Source: Octopus vulgaris (Eukaryota). From it: a DNA stretch of 64,000 bases. Shown piece after piece: positions 10,267-23,200 of this stretch. A model generated the notes under the pieces. That model was not told the origin of the DNA and did not search any database. It saw only the letters and a list, made by a program, of their open reading frames with translations. The stretch is taken from NCBI GenBank assembly GCA_951406725.2, contig OX597824.1, positions 3,720,001 through 3,784,000 of the forward strand. The letters are read 5' to 3'. Position 1 is the stretch's first letter, and each line of letters starts with the position of its first letter. The translations under genes and the position numbers were made by a program.

Positions 10267-13200
10267 GTGAGTATTTCAGACATTAACTGTTGACATTATT
10301 TGTCTGCCACTTCTGTTTATTCTTTGGTTAAATTCATTTTGGCAGACCAACGATTATGATTAAATGTGTTTGTGCATGTGTTTGTGTGTAGATTGTGTGT
10401 GTGTATGTGTTTGTGTCTCTTGGTGCTGACATTGCATGATGGCAGCAGAGGAACATTGCTGTCATAGAAACAACATCATTCATTTCTAATATTGTCGCAA
10501 AACGTGTTTCGGCATGGGGAAACCATTCCCATGATTGGAAATTGGTGGGTATTGGGGACAAGAAGAGCATCCTGCCGTAGAGAATCTGTTCCAATAAACT
10601 CTGCCCAATCCATGCAAGCATAGAAAATTGGACATAAAAGCAATGATGAGACAATCTTCTGCTGAACTAAAATTGAATAAATTTAATCCTGGCTAAATTT
10701 TGTAATTAAATTGTTGAAGTTTTAGCAGAATTATTTTTGTTTTTATTCCTTTCTCTTGTCATAAAATATATGTAATGTATTTACCCCATATTATTAAATT
10801 AGCAACGTAAGTCATACCTCTCACCTAAGCACTGTCTCTATCAAATTAAATATCATTTCATTGTTCGACTGTGGTTGAGACAATGGAATTTACTATGTTA
10901 CGCCAGACTTCACGGTACATCATAGCATTACATAGGTCCTGTTGCTGGATGCCTGTATCCCTGGAGATTACATCAGGGTAGGAGAGTGTGCGCCCTCTGG
11001 TATCGCGAGCAGATGGCTTCCAGAGGAGAAGAGTAGAAATTACCTCGTTTTCAGCTCTACAACAATGTCCAGCAAACTGGACTCTTCTACCTTTCACAAG
11101 AGATGATACAGGTGGTAATTTCCCATATATTTGTACTTTGGTTGGATGACGCTTCCATGAGAGATTTTGAGCTCTCATAAGGAGGCGAGTGTAAGTTCCA
11201 TCCAACCTCTCAAGCTTCTTTGATAACGTCCTAAACTAGTACAATCTCAAAAACGTATGAAATAAACTGAGAACCCCTTAATAATTCCAGAATCAAATAT
11301 ACCCAACTTAAGAACTTGCAAAAAGAACTAAAATAAGTCTACAGGTAAACACCACAGGTATATATCAGAATATAACATTAAAACTTATAAAAATTCCTTG
11401 CCTGACATAGATGTCTCGGTTCAACTAGACTTGACCCCTTTGGATATTATTTTACTCATGTTTGGTGAGGAGTCTGCTTCCCAACCACATGGTTATGGGT
11501 CCATTCCCATTGCAACTTGGGCAAGTGTCTTCTGCTGTAGCCCCAGGCCAGCCAGAGCCTTGTGAATGAATTTTAAGAGATGGAAAAGCTCACCTTGTAT
11601 GTGTATATGTTTGTGTGTGTCCAATGACTGACACAAATAAAAGATAACAGATTATCAAACTTCTATTTATTGTCTCTCGTCAACTGCGGGTCTTGACTTT
11701 GGAATCTTCAGCCATCATAAGTCTTTTCCAGGTTTTATATAACCGATAACCAATTAAAATATCAAATTTTTTTCATATGATATTTACTCATTAGAAACAA
11801 TAATTTGAGAGAGAAAAGCACAACAGAGTTACCATCAGAGGGCATTTGTATGTGTCACTTTCCTGCCTTAAATTGCTACATGTAGTTAATATCTCTATGG
11901 CCTAGTGGTTAGGGCAGCGGACTCGCGGTCGCAGGATCGCGGTTTCGATTCTCAGACCGGGCGTTGTGTGTGTTTATTGAGCGAAAACACCTAAAAGCTC
12001 TACGAGGCTCCGGCAGGGGGTGGTGATCCCTGCTGTACTCTTTCACCACAATGGCGGTGCCCCAGCATGGCCACAGCTCAAGAGCTGAAACTGGAAAAAC
12101 AAAAACAAAAACAAATATAAATGGCAAAATGTCTGTCTGTGTGTGTGTCCTTTATACAAATCCACAATTTTTCAGTTAGAGGACTCGCACTTTCTATGGT
12201 CATTCAAAACCATCCAAGGGTGGTCGTGCACATCTTTACATTTCCCCAGTCACCCCGCAAAGCCGTTAAAAAATCAATAGAAGTGACTTTTTTGTGAATT
12301 TTCTATCCAAAACCCAATCAAAATGCCCGAAACTTGATACGCCAATTGAATGCCAGCTAGCTGTATGTGATTGGTGGGAGATTTGGACAGTACTTGCGTG
12401 TATGTGCGCATGCACGCAGCTGTATATGCATGCACTAGCACTATGACCCTGCAACGCCAGGTCACAGTGCTAGTCCAGTATAACTTATCATTGAAAATCA
12501 TGACATTTCATCTTCAATTCATTCATAATTTGATATTTATTTCAGGAAAAAAGATGAAATTGATACAAGATATATTTAATGAAATTAAACCCGGATTATC
12601 AGCTTATGCTAGTGACCCAAAGCAGGTGAGTTATCACTGAGTACAAAGAAACATGTTTAATTCCTAGATGCTAAGAAGACGACATTTTCTTTGGTGGAGG
12701 TCTCATCATCATCATGGACATCATCATTGTCATATTTTTAAAGTCCATATTTCCATGCTTGGATGGGTCAGGCAGTGGTCATTGAGGCAGAGTTTCTTCA
12801 GTCAGATGCTCTTCCTGTCACCAACCTTCACCTGTTTCTGAGCAAAACAATATTTCCCATGGCCATCCATGATTTCATAGAATATTGGAAATCAGTGAGA
12901 CCACTTGGGTGGTGGTGACACTCGTTTACGACTATCACATGATGTGAAGGAGACATAAACAAAGAAACACACACACATGTATACATATGAGAAGCTTCTC
13001 TCAGTCTCCATCTACCAAACCCAATCACAAGGCTGTAGTAGAAGACACTTGCCTGAAAAGTGAAGTGGGGCTGAATTTGTGACCGTAACGCTGGGAAGCA
13101 AACTTACCACCCACACAGCCTTGCCCGACCCAATCAGATTAAACAACAAAATAAAATTAAGAAAAAACCCTGTATGCAATTTCTCAATCTGCTAGAAATA

Positions 13201-16200
13201 ACAGCCGAATCTCCTTTTAAACAAACCCAACCATCTTGAAAATCATTGATTAAGGTTTTAAATAGTTGTGGACATCTATATTGTATGGTTTAGCTCTCAT
13301 TGGCTTGGATGGAGCTAAATTATGGCACAAAAGTAGCTAATTAAACAAGTCAGTTGTTCATGGTTCTAATCAATACTATGTGTCACATCTATTTTAGCTG
13401 GCATCATCATCATCATCATCGTTATTATGCATTTGCTTTCCCTGCTAGCTTTCCTTAAATGAGGGTATTGCATTCCAAGATAATTCTTACTTGGCATCGC
13501 TGCCCTTCTCGATAGATCAGGTGCTGTGTTTTGCTTATGCATTCTGTTGCAAGTAGGGCTTGGAACATATGGACAAAAATATGATCTTCCCAACTGCATG
13601 GTTTCAGGTTCAGTCCCACAGAGTGGCACATTGGGCAGTTGCATTTTACTAAGCATTGTGAGTGGTTTTGAGAGACAGAAACTGAAAGGTGCCTCTGTGC
13701 GTGTGTCTCGACATCATGTGATAGTTATAAACAAGCCACACCGTCATACAAGTACTTGTCATTCATTTTCAGTCTTCTGTGAAAACATGGCAGTCAGGGT
13801 AAATATTACCTTGTTTAGGAAATAAGTGAGGGTTGGCAACAGGAAAGGCACATGGCCATAGAAAATTTTCCCCAAAAAATTCTGTCTGATGCATGTAAGC
13901 ATAGCAAAAGTCCACGTTAAAATGACTAGAAAAGCACTCTGAGAGCGCAGACCTCCACCAAGCAGCTCATTTTAAGATAGATATGCGAGTAAAATTGTAT
14001 ATGCATGCACTAGCACTATGACCCGACATTGCCAGGTCATAGTGCTAGTATGGTATATTCTACTGAAAAGTACCCTAAGAAAAAATCAGATGTAAGTGTT
14101 AAAGTGTGCAGCATGCTATGTTGATGATAATCGAGATGTTGACCATTTATATTGCTAAGTACTGATTGTAAAAAGATATTGATGAAGTTAGCAATGGTGG
14201 TGGTGGTGATGATGATGGTGGATATGTTGAATATTAATATTTTCTCTTTCTAATTGCAGGCAGCGAATTCTTTAATACCCTTACTTAATTTAGCCAAATC
14301 AGAGGTTCCAGAGGTCTTTCAGTCATCCTGTGCAGTTGCCCTGAAAGCCACAGCAGGTTTGCGCTTACTCGGTGAACAACCTGCCAAGAATATTCTTCTT
14401 GAGGTCAGTAGAATGACAGAAGTGATATCTTCTTTTGAATTATTTGATACATGTGGTTTCTGATACATGAACTATAAAGAAGCATGTGGTGGTGTTCTTA
14501 TTATTCTGATTACTAAACTATCTGCTACATGTTATATTGTGGTTATGTGATTCTAAGAGTATGTGATATTGTGCTTGTTGGACTATATGATATGTGATAT
14601 TCTTAAGCCTAATGCTACAACAATTTTCCATTTCTTCACAGGAGCTCTTTGCATTTTTATAGACATTTGCAAGAGCTTTTGAGCTGCAAGGGGTGGGTGG
14701 TGGCAATACCCCATAATATGGCCTGCTTCTCCACATACGCAGGTGGTTGAGCTGGTCTTGTAGTCTCAGCTGACCAAAGCAACTTTTCATTATCTCATTC
14801 TCATTTTTAGGTGATTGGCTTTCTTCCGTTTAATCCATGGTGCTTCTGAACTATGAGGGAAGTCTGCAACAATGGGGATTCCCATGTTAGTTGAAACAGG
14901 ATTGTTCTCAAGCTTTACAATCAAGAGTTGGGGCCTGGCTTCATCTCGGGATATTGATAGGAGCTGGACATGGCTGAGGAAGTTTAGTCTTCACTTCAGT
15001 TGGGTAGGGTGCTAGCATCCATGAAGAAGTGGAATTCATAACTAATAACCTTTTTTTTGGTCTCAATTCACCTGGCCACTCTCTGCCTGATATCCGCAAG
15101 GGCAATGCCAGTGCGGAGGAGCTGGTTGTTTGTGTTGGTGGGTTTCATGCCATCAGTGACCAGGTATTGTTCAACACTGGGTCAAGTTCCTTGGCATGGA
15201 TTCATTTCTCCCAGATGGCATATGCGTATTCAGCAGCAAAGTATTTGGTACAAGTCACAGGTAATGCCAAGTATTACTTGAGAGAGGTAGTGATGTGAAC
15301 ATTTCTATCTCGATTCAGTATGTAACGTTGTAACTATTGGAATATAAAACCATTTGATATTGAATTTATTTACTGCCAGCCTCTCTTGGCACGTAAAAAG
15401 CACCATCCGTACGTGGTCAATGCCAGCATCACCTTGACTGGCTTCCGTGCCGGTGGCATGTAAAAAGCACCAACCGATCGTGGCTGTTGCAAGCCTCTCC
15501 TGGCACCTGTGCCAGTGGCATGTAAAAAGCACCCACTACACTCACGGAGTGGTTGGCGTTAGGAAGGGCATCCAGCTGTAGAAACAATCAGTGGATGATT
15601 CAACAAAATGATAATGTGAAAATTATAAAATAACGAAGGTTACTCTGTCTGTCTGTGTGTGTGTTTGCAATTTCTGTATGTGTAATGCATTTTTATTTCC
15701 GTGTTTTGCCAGATAGAGAAGCTGTTTAAGACGTTTCCTTTCAAAATGCTTAAAAACAATATCGAAATAATGAGCGGCACCAAAGAAGGTGAGTCTGGGT
15801 TTTTAGGGTGGATGTTGTTATTCCCATTGTTGATTTTTCCTTGGCTAATTTCTCATCGAAACTGAATTCCAGAGTCACTCTACGAATACAATTTCTTCCT
15901 GGTATCCATGGTTACGTTTGTTATTAGTGCAATATTCATTCAAAGACTGACCTTAGATTTTTGAGTCTTTTTATTTTATTTATTAACATTTTCATTAATA
16001 CTGGGTCAACTTTTTCTTATGCTTTTCATAACAGAATCGACTTATATGATACCAAATTTTTGTTGGAACACACTGCCTTTGTTTCACTTAAATTAGAAAA
16101 TAATGAAGAATTTCTTAAAATAACTTTGTCATTATTAAGTTTATGTTTGGAATGTAAATTAACCCTTTCATTACTGTATATATTCCGAGAGGCTCTGTGT

Positions 16201-17269
16201 TTCTTTCAATTATTTTAAATATAACAAAGAATTTAGTAAAATTACTTAGTTATCATTAAGTGGAAATTTTACCAGTGAGTGTGTTAAATAATAAGGCACA
16301 AAAAGAAAATGACTCTCCCCAGAAACAACAGAATATGCTTCAACACACGAACTCATATAAAGAATCTTGCAAACCAAATCCAAAAACGAAATATATATAT
16401 ATATATATGTATGTGACTTCGTGTGTACCGTTGGCGATTTTTTTCCTCTGTCTTCCTTTCTCTGGATCTTTCCTTCTCCTATGTTTCCGACAAAGAGCTC
16501 CGCTTGAAACGTTAAACCCTCCTTCTTCCCTTCTTTCCTGAGCGTCCAATAATACTATATTTGTTCCACGTCCTGTTGTGTTTTTTTGTGCTTTCTTGTT
16601 TGGATTAACTTTATATATATGTAGATATTATGCTTATAACATGTGGCCCTTTCTTGTTTTCTTGTTTTAGGAATTTACAGCTGGCTGACGGTCAACTATC
16701 TCCTTGGTAAGTATCCCTTTGGGAATCAGTGTTTTACATAGTGAAAAGAAATCACTGCCAGAACTTTGTTGACCCCTGCTGTCATCACCATCCCACGCTC
16801 ATGTGTGTTTAAAAAGTTTCACTGAGTTGCTAGTCTGAAATGTGTAGTAGTGACAGATATAACACAAGTCATACTCTCTACTCTTTTACTTGTTTCAGTC
16901 ATTTGACTGTGGCTATGCTGGAGCACCACCTTTAGTCGAGCAAATCGACCCAAGGACTTATTCTATCGGTCTCTGTTGCCGAACCGCTAAGTTACGGGGG
17001 ACGTAAACACACCAGCATCGGTTGTCAAGCAATGCTAGGGGGACAAACACAGACACACAAACACACACATACATATATATATATATACATATATACGACA
17101 GGCTTCTTTCAGTTTCCGTCTACCAAATCCACTCACAAGGCATTGGTCGGCCCGGTGCTATAGCAGGAGACACTTGCCCAAGATGCCACGCAGTGGGACT
17201 GAACCTGGAACCATGTGGTTGGTTAGCAAGCTACTTACCACACAACCACTCCTGCAATGTGTGCGTGTG

Positions 17270-17306
<37 letters not shown>

Positions 17307-17562
17307 ACTCACGCACGCATACACACAAACATGCACATGCACACGTCTTGATGATTGTTAACCATCGTCATGTTAATATCCCTGCTTTCAATGCTTGCAC
17401 AGGTCAGACAGTTTGTGGAAGCAGATTTCCTATGACCCCCCAGGCTCTTCCTCTAACCAACCCTCGCCTGTTTATCTTCATCATTTAATGTCTGCTTTCG
17501 ATGCTGGCATGGGTTGGACGATTGGTCACAACAATGATTCCACTTGACCATGTATATATTTA

Positions 17563-17601
<39 letters not shown>

Positions 17602-17900
17602 TTGTGCTCACGGACGGAATACCCTGGACACGTCGTTTCTCCAGACACTGGACACACTTTGTGTTGAATTCAAGTTTTCGTGTGTACGTGTTTTTATCCA
17701 AAAATAGCAAATATTAATTGAATAAGGGATTCACTATTTCTATTGATAGTGACTTCGAAGTTTCGCTGTTCATCGTCGACCTGTTATTTCTGTAAATTTA
17801 TGTCTTGCGTGTCAGTGTATCGTTTCCATGGAGTCTCGGAAACTGTGGCTGAGCGCCTTTAGTCTAAGGGAGATAATCCATACATTCATATTTGTTGCTT

Positions 17901-17933
<33 letters not shown>

Positions 17934-17975
17934 GTAATAGTAATAGTAATAATAATAGTAATAATAATAATAGTA

Positions 17976-18006
<31 letters not shown>

Positions 18007-19741
18007 TGAAGTTATTGTATACAGTTGTCTCTTGAGGTCTCTGGGTGAGACTTGAGCCAATTGTACAGACATAAAGCAGTCAGGTGCACCACAATTTGTC
18101 GAAAATGCGTATAAAGTATATGCAGTAATGTACAAATGTCTGGGAAGTGAACAGTGTATGAGTCAGATACACGCTTATGTGTGAATGGAGGGGAGGAGAT
18201 CAGGTGTAGTGTTGGCGAATCTCAGGAAGCATGGAAGTTTTGAAGGATGCAGTGCTCCGACAACTAACAACTGATGCCGGCAGTTTGTTCCATGCTTCAG
18301 CAACTCTCAGCATGAAAAAATGTTTCGGAAAATCATGGAAGGAGCTGTGCTGTTTTCTGACTTTGTAAACATGTCCACGGGTGTTAGACGGGTGGAGTTT
18401 GAAAAGGTGCTCAGAGGTATTGTTTGTAAGATGGTTATTGATTTTATGGGTGTCTGCCAAACGTCGGAGTTTCAGTGTATCCATGCCCAGGGAAGTAAGG
18501 CCTTCAGGATATGGCAAATGCCTGATGGAGGGTTTTCCCTTGGGCAAATGCCTGATGGAGGGTATTCTCTTTTAATGATACCTCATCACTACCTTCATAG
18601 TTCTCATCATCGTCGCCATTGTTATCACCACCATCATTATCATTGTCACCATAATCATCATCGCCACCACCATTACTACCACTATCATCACTACAACCAT
18701 CTTTATTACTATCTTCCTTGTCATCATCATCATCATCATTATTTTGAAAATCGAAATCGATCAACATCAATGGGAATTGTAGCTGTGATACCAGTGCCAG
18801 TGGCACATAAGAGAACCATCCGAACGTGGCCGTTGCCAGCGCCGCCCCAACTGGCCTCCGTGCTGGTGGCACATAAAAAGCACCATCCGATTGTGGCCGT
18901 TGCCAACCTCGTCTGGCCCCTGTGCAGGTGGCACGTAAAAAGCACCCACTACACTCATGGAGTGGTTGGCGTTAGGAAGGGCATCCAGCTGTAGAAATTG
19001 CACTCCCTCCATGAACAAAGTTAACATGTAGCATCATCATCATCATCAATGGTTTACCATCTGCCTTTCCATGTTTACATGGGTCAGACAAAATTTTTTG
19101 AGGTAGATTTTCTAAGATTGTATGCCTTTCCTGTTGCTAACCTTTATCCTGTTTCTAAGCAAGGTCATATTTTTCTCATGGTCAGACTGTTTTTTATGAA
19201 TGATTTGAAATGCAGGACATTACTTATGTGAGGGTGTAAAGCCATAAAATACCACTAAGTATTTTGCCTAGTGTGCTAATGATTCTGCCAGCTCACTGCC
19301 TTCTTAATAATAATAATAATAATGATGATGATGATGATGATAATAATGATGATAATAATGATAATAATGATGATGATGATGATGATGATGATGATAATAA
19401 TGATGATAATAATGATAATGATAATAATGATGATGATGATGATAATAATGATGATAATAATGATAATAATAATGATGATGATGATAATAATGATGATAAT
19501 AATAATAATAATAATAATAATGATGATGATGATAATGATGATAATAATGATAATAATAATAATAATGATGATGATGATAATAATGATGATAATAATGATA
19601 ATAATGATGATGATGATGATGATGATGATAATAATGATGATAATAATGATAATAATGATGATGATGATGATGATGATGATAATGATGATAATAATGATAA
19701 TAATAATAATGATGATGATGATAATAATGATGATAATAATG

Positions 19742-19775
<34 letters not shown>

Positions 19776-19948
19776 TGATGATGATAATGATGATAATAAT
19801 GATAATAATAATAATAATGATGATGATGATAATAATGATGATAATAATGATAATAATGATGATGATGATGATGATGATGATGATAATAATGATGATAATA
19901 ATGATAATAATAATAATGATGATGATGATAATAATGATGATAATAATG

Positions 19949-19982
<34 letters not shown>

Positions 19983-20095
19983 TGATGATGATAATGATGA
20001 TAATAATGATAATAATAATAATAATGATGATGATGATAATAATGATAATGATGATGATGATGATGATGATAATAATGATGATAATAATGATAATA

Positions 20096-20127
<32 letters not shown>

Positions 20128-20191
20128 AATAATGATGATAATAATGATAATAATAATAATGATGATGATGATAATAATGATGATAATAATG

Positions 20192-20225
<34 letters not shown>

Positions 20226-23200
20226 TGATGATGATAATGATGATAATAATGATAATAATAATAATAATGATGATGATGATAATAATGATGATAATAATGA
20301 TAATAATGATGATGATGATGATGATGATGATGATAATAATGATGATAATAATGATAATAATAATAATAATAATAATAATGATGATGATGATGATAATAAT
20401 GATGATAATAATGATAATGATGATAATAATGATGATAATAATAATAATAATGATGATGATGATAATAATGATGATGATAATAATGATGATAATAATGATA
20501 ATGATGATAATAATAATGATAATAATAATAATGATGACGATGATGATGATTCAATGAGCTGGCATTGTCTTTTCATCACTACATAACTATTTTTAATTAG
20601 ATTTTTTATGCTCATTACATTAAATATGGTATCACTGGATAATGATTTCTTGTGTATGACACTCTCTTGCATGACAGCACTAACATGTTGGATTGTCAAC
20701 AGAAGAAATAAAGCAAGACATGCATACACTTGTTTCTCTGAATAATAATGATTTATTGAATGTGTGTGTGTGTGTGTGTTTCATGTCCCTTTGTCAGTGG
20801 GTACATATGTTTTCTTGTAAAAAAAAAATTGAGCGCTTTGGGCTGAAATTTGACAGTGATGGGTAAAAACTTATGGGAAATCCCGTTACAAATTACATTA
20901 ATTAAAACAAAAAAGAATAAATCATCAAGGGAAATGACTCAGAGACTCTATTGACTAGTTCGTTTTCATCACTGTTATCATCATCACCATCCTCCTTGTC
21001 ATTATCTCTTACAAACTTCCTTTTCATCTCCTTATCACCATAAATCCAAAGACGACAGCAATTGTGTAGATGACTAATAACTTATTTTGATTTGTAAACA
21101 GATTTACTCGATACACCTGAGAAAACCGCTGTAGCTTTGGATCTTGGTGGAGGCTCAACCCAGATCACATTTGTACCATCAAAGCCTGAAACATTGCAAC
21201 AGGTTGGGGACGACTTCAAGGAATCTGTAACTTTATTTGGACAAAGATACAATTTATACACTCATAGGTATACTTTTATTTTACTTGTTTCAGTAATTGC
21301 ACAGCTGCCTCAAAGGAAAGGAAATTATTTTTTATAGAACTTGAAGTAGATAAAGCTATACATAATAGTGTGTAGAATATTGGGTTAAAAATCCCCTAGG
21401 ATGGAAAAAGATCAAAGGCTGATCACGTGATTTGAACCCATATTTTTATGTTCTGAGTTCAAATTCTGCTGAGGCTGACTTTGCCTTTCATCCTTTCAGA
21501 CCCAACAAAATAAGTACCAGTTGAGTTCTGGGGTCGATGTAGGTGACCAGCCCTTCTCCTCCTACACATTTCAGGCCTTGTGCCTATAGTAGGAAGGCAT
21601 ACTAAGCCAGTGTTTGGAACATAAATTAGCAGGAAATATGGCCATAGAAGGTTTTAATGCTGTTCATTTTAAGACCTGAATTCTGTATCATAGAACCAGT
21701 GGTAGTCTTTGTCAGTTGGTATCCAATGGTTAATGCTAAATGAACCAATGTATTAAATGTACTAATTATTAAATGTACTGTTATATGCACTGGTGTATTA
21801 AATTATATTTTTGTTTTTCTTTTCTTTGTTTAATTTTCAGTTACCTTGGACTTGGTTTGATGGCAACCAGGTTTGCAGTTTCGGACAAAGCTGAGAGTTA
21901 GTAATATATTTATTTCAAATTTTGGGAAGGCCAGTAGGTTTGAGGGGAGGGGCTAAGTCAATTAAATCAACCCCAGGGTTCAACTGGTACTTATTTTATC
22001 AACCCTGAAAGGACGAAAGGCAAAATCAACACCAGCAGAATTTGAACCAAGAATGTAAAGTTGGATGAAATCCCTTGGCGTGCGAACTGTTCGCTTAAAA
22101 GACACATTCATTAGTATCTGTGAATGACGGTGCATTGATAACAATTCTGTAGGGGACAGCCTTAAGAGTTAATCGTGTATTAATCTGTATTTATGAAGGG
22201 CGGTGGGTTAGTAGAATTAGTAGAGCATCTAATAGAATTTTCTAGAATATTTCATAGGTTTAATTTTAATTTTGAGTTCAAATCCTGGCTGGATCAATCT
22301 TTTGCCTTTCAGCCTTCCTTGATTTGATAAAATATTGTACCAGTATTTCACAGTACTGTGTTACAAATCAATATGGATTATGTATGTATGGCTGTATATT
22401 AATATGCGTTCAGATATGAATGTATATCAGGGCGAAGAGCTGGCAGAAATGTTAGCACGCCGGGTGAAGTGCTTAGCGGTATTTTGTCTGCCATTACGCT
22501 CTGAGTTCAAATTCCGCCGAGGTCGACTTTGCCTTTCATCCTTTCGGGGTCAATTAAATAAGTACCAGTTACACACTGGGGTCGATATAATCGACTTAAT
22601 CCGTTTGTCTGTCCTTGTTTGTCCTCTCTGAGTGTAGCCCCTTGTGGGTAGTAAAGAAATAGATATGAATGTATATGAATATACATCAGGGTGCAGTGAT
22701 TATTAGATGCATGTAAGTTCCTTTCTCCATTTTTCTCTCTCCTTGTCTATTCTTTCAGAAGATGAGTTTATACTCGAAACATAGAAAACTTTACTTCTCT
22801 ATTTCTTCCTATTTCCTCTGCGTAAACCCAACACACTCTGCTTGCTTTGTTTTGTATCTTGTCTTGATGATGATGATGATATGTGTTGTAATTGTCTTTT
22901 TCTAACACCAGTCCTGATACTTTTTGATCAGGCGTATGTCTGTGCATGCATTGTGTATGCATGGTAAAACCTATCAGAATCTAATTTGACCAAGGAAAGC
23001 ATGTATATTTATTAAGTGATTGGCTCCTTCTCTTTAGAATATAAAATGGTTTGGTCTAAATGACTTATAATAGTTAGTTAGTTAGTTAATTTTTTGGCTC
23101 AAAAGCAAAAAGCAAGGCCATGTAGGGGGACATGGAGTTATGTACAGGGTGGTGTTCATGTAAAGAGTTCAGGCCACTTGAGGTCAAGGGAGACTTTGAA

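Noticed and set aside
18320-18994. 224-aa His-rich ORF
   Set aside because: Chimera of antisense CR1, a (CAT)n tract and an RTE 3' UTR.
19264-20729. Four ORFs of 411-478 aa (poly-N/D, S/L, H/Y, M/I)
   Set aside because: Stop-free frames of an AAT/GAT microsatellite inside an ENTPD intron; no splice or domain support.
22760-22790. Possible extra ENTPD exon after ttctttcag
   Set aside because: In the required phase it hits TAG after eight codons; exons 21841-21896 and 23470-23554 already join in frame.
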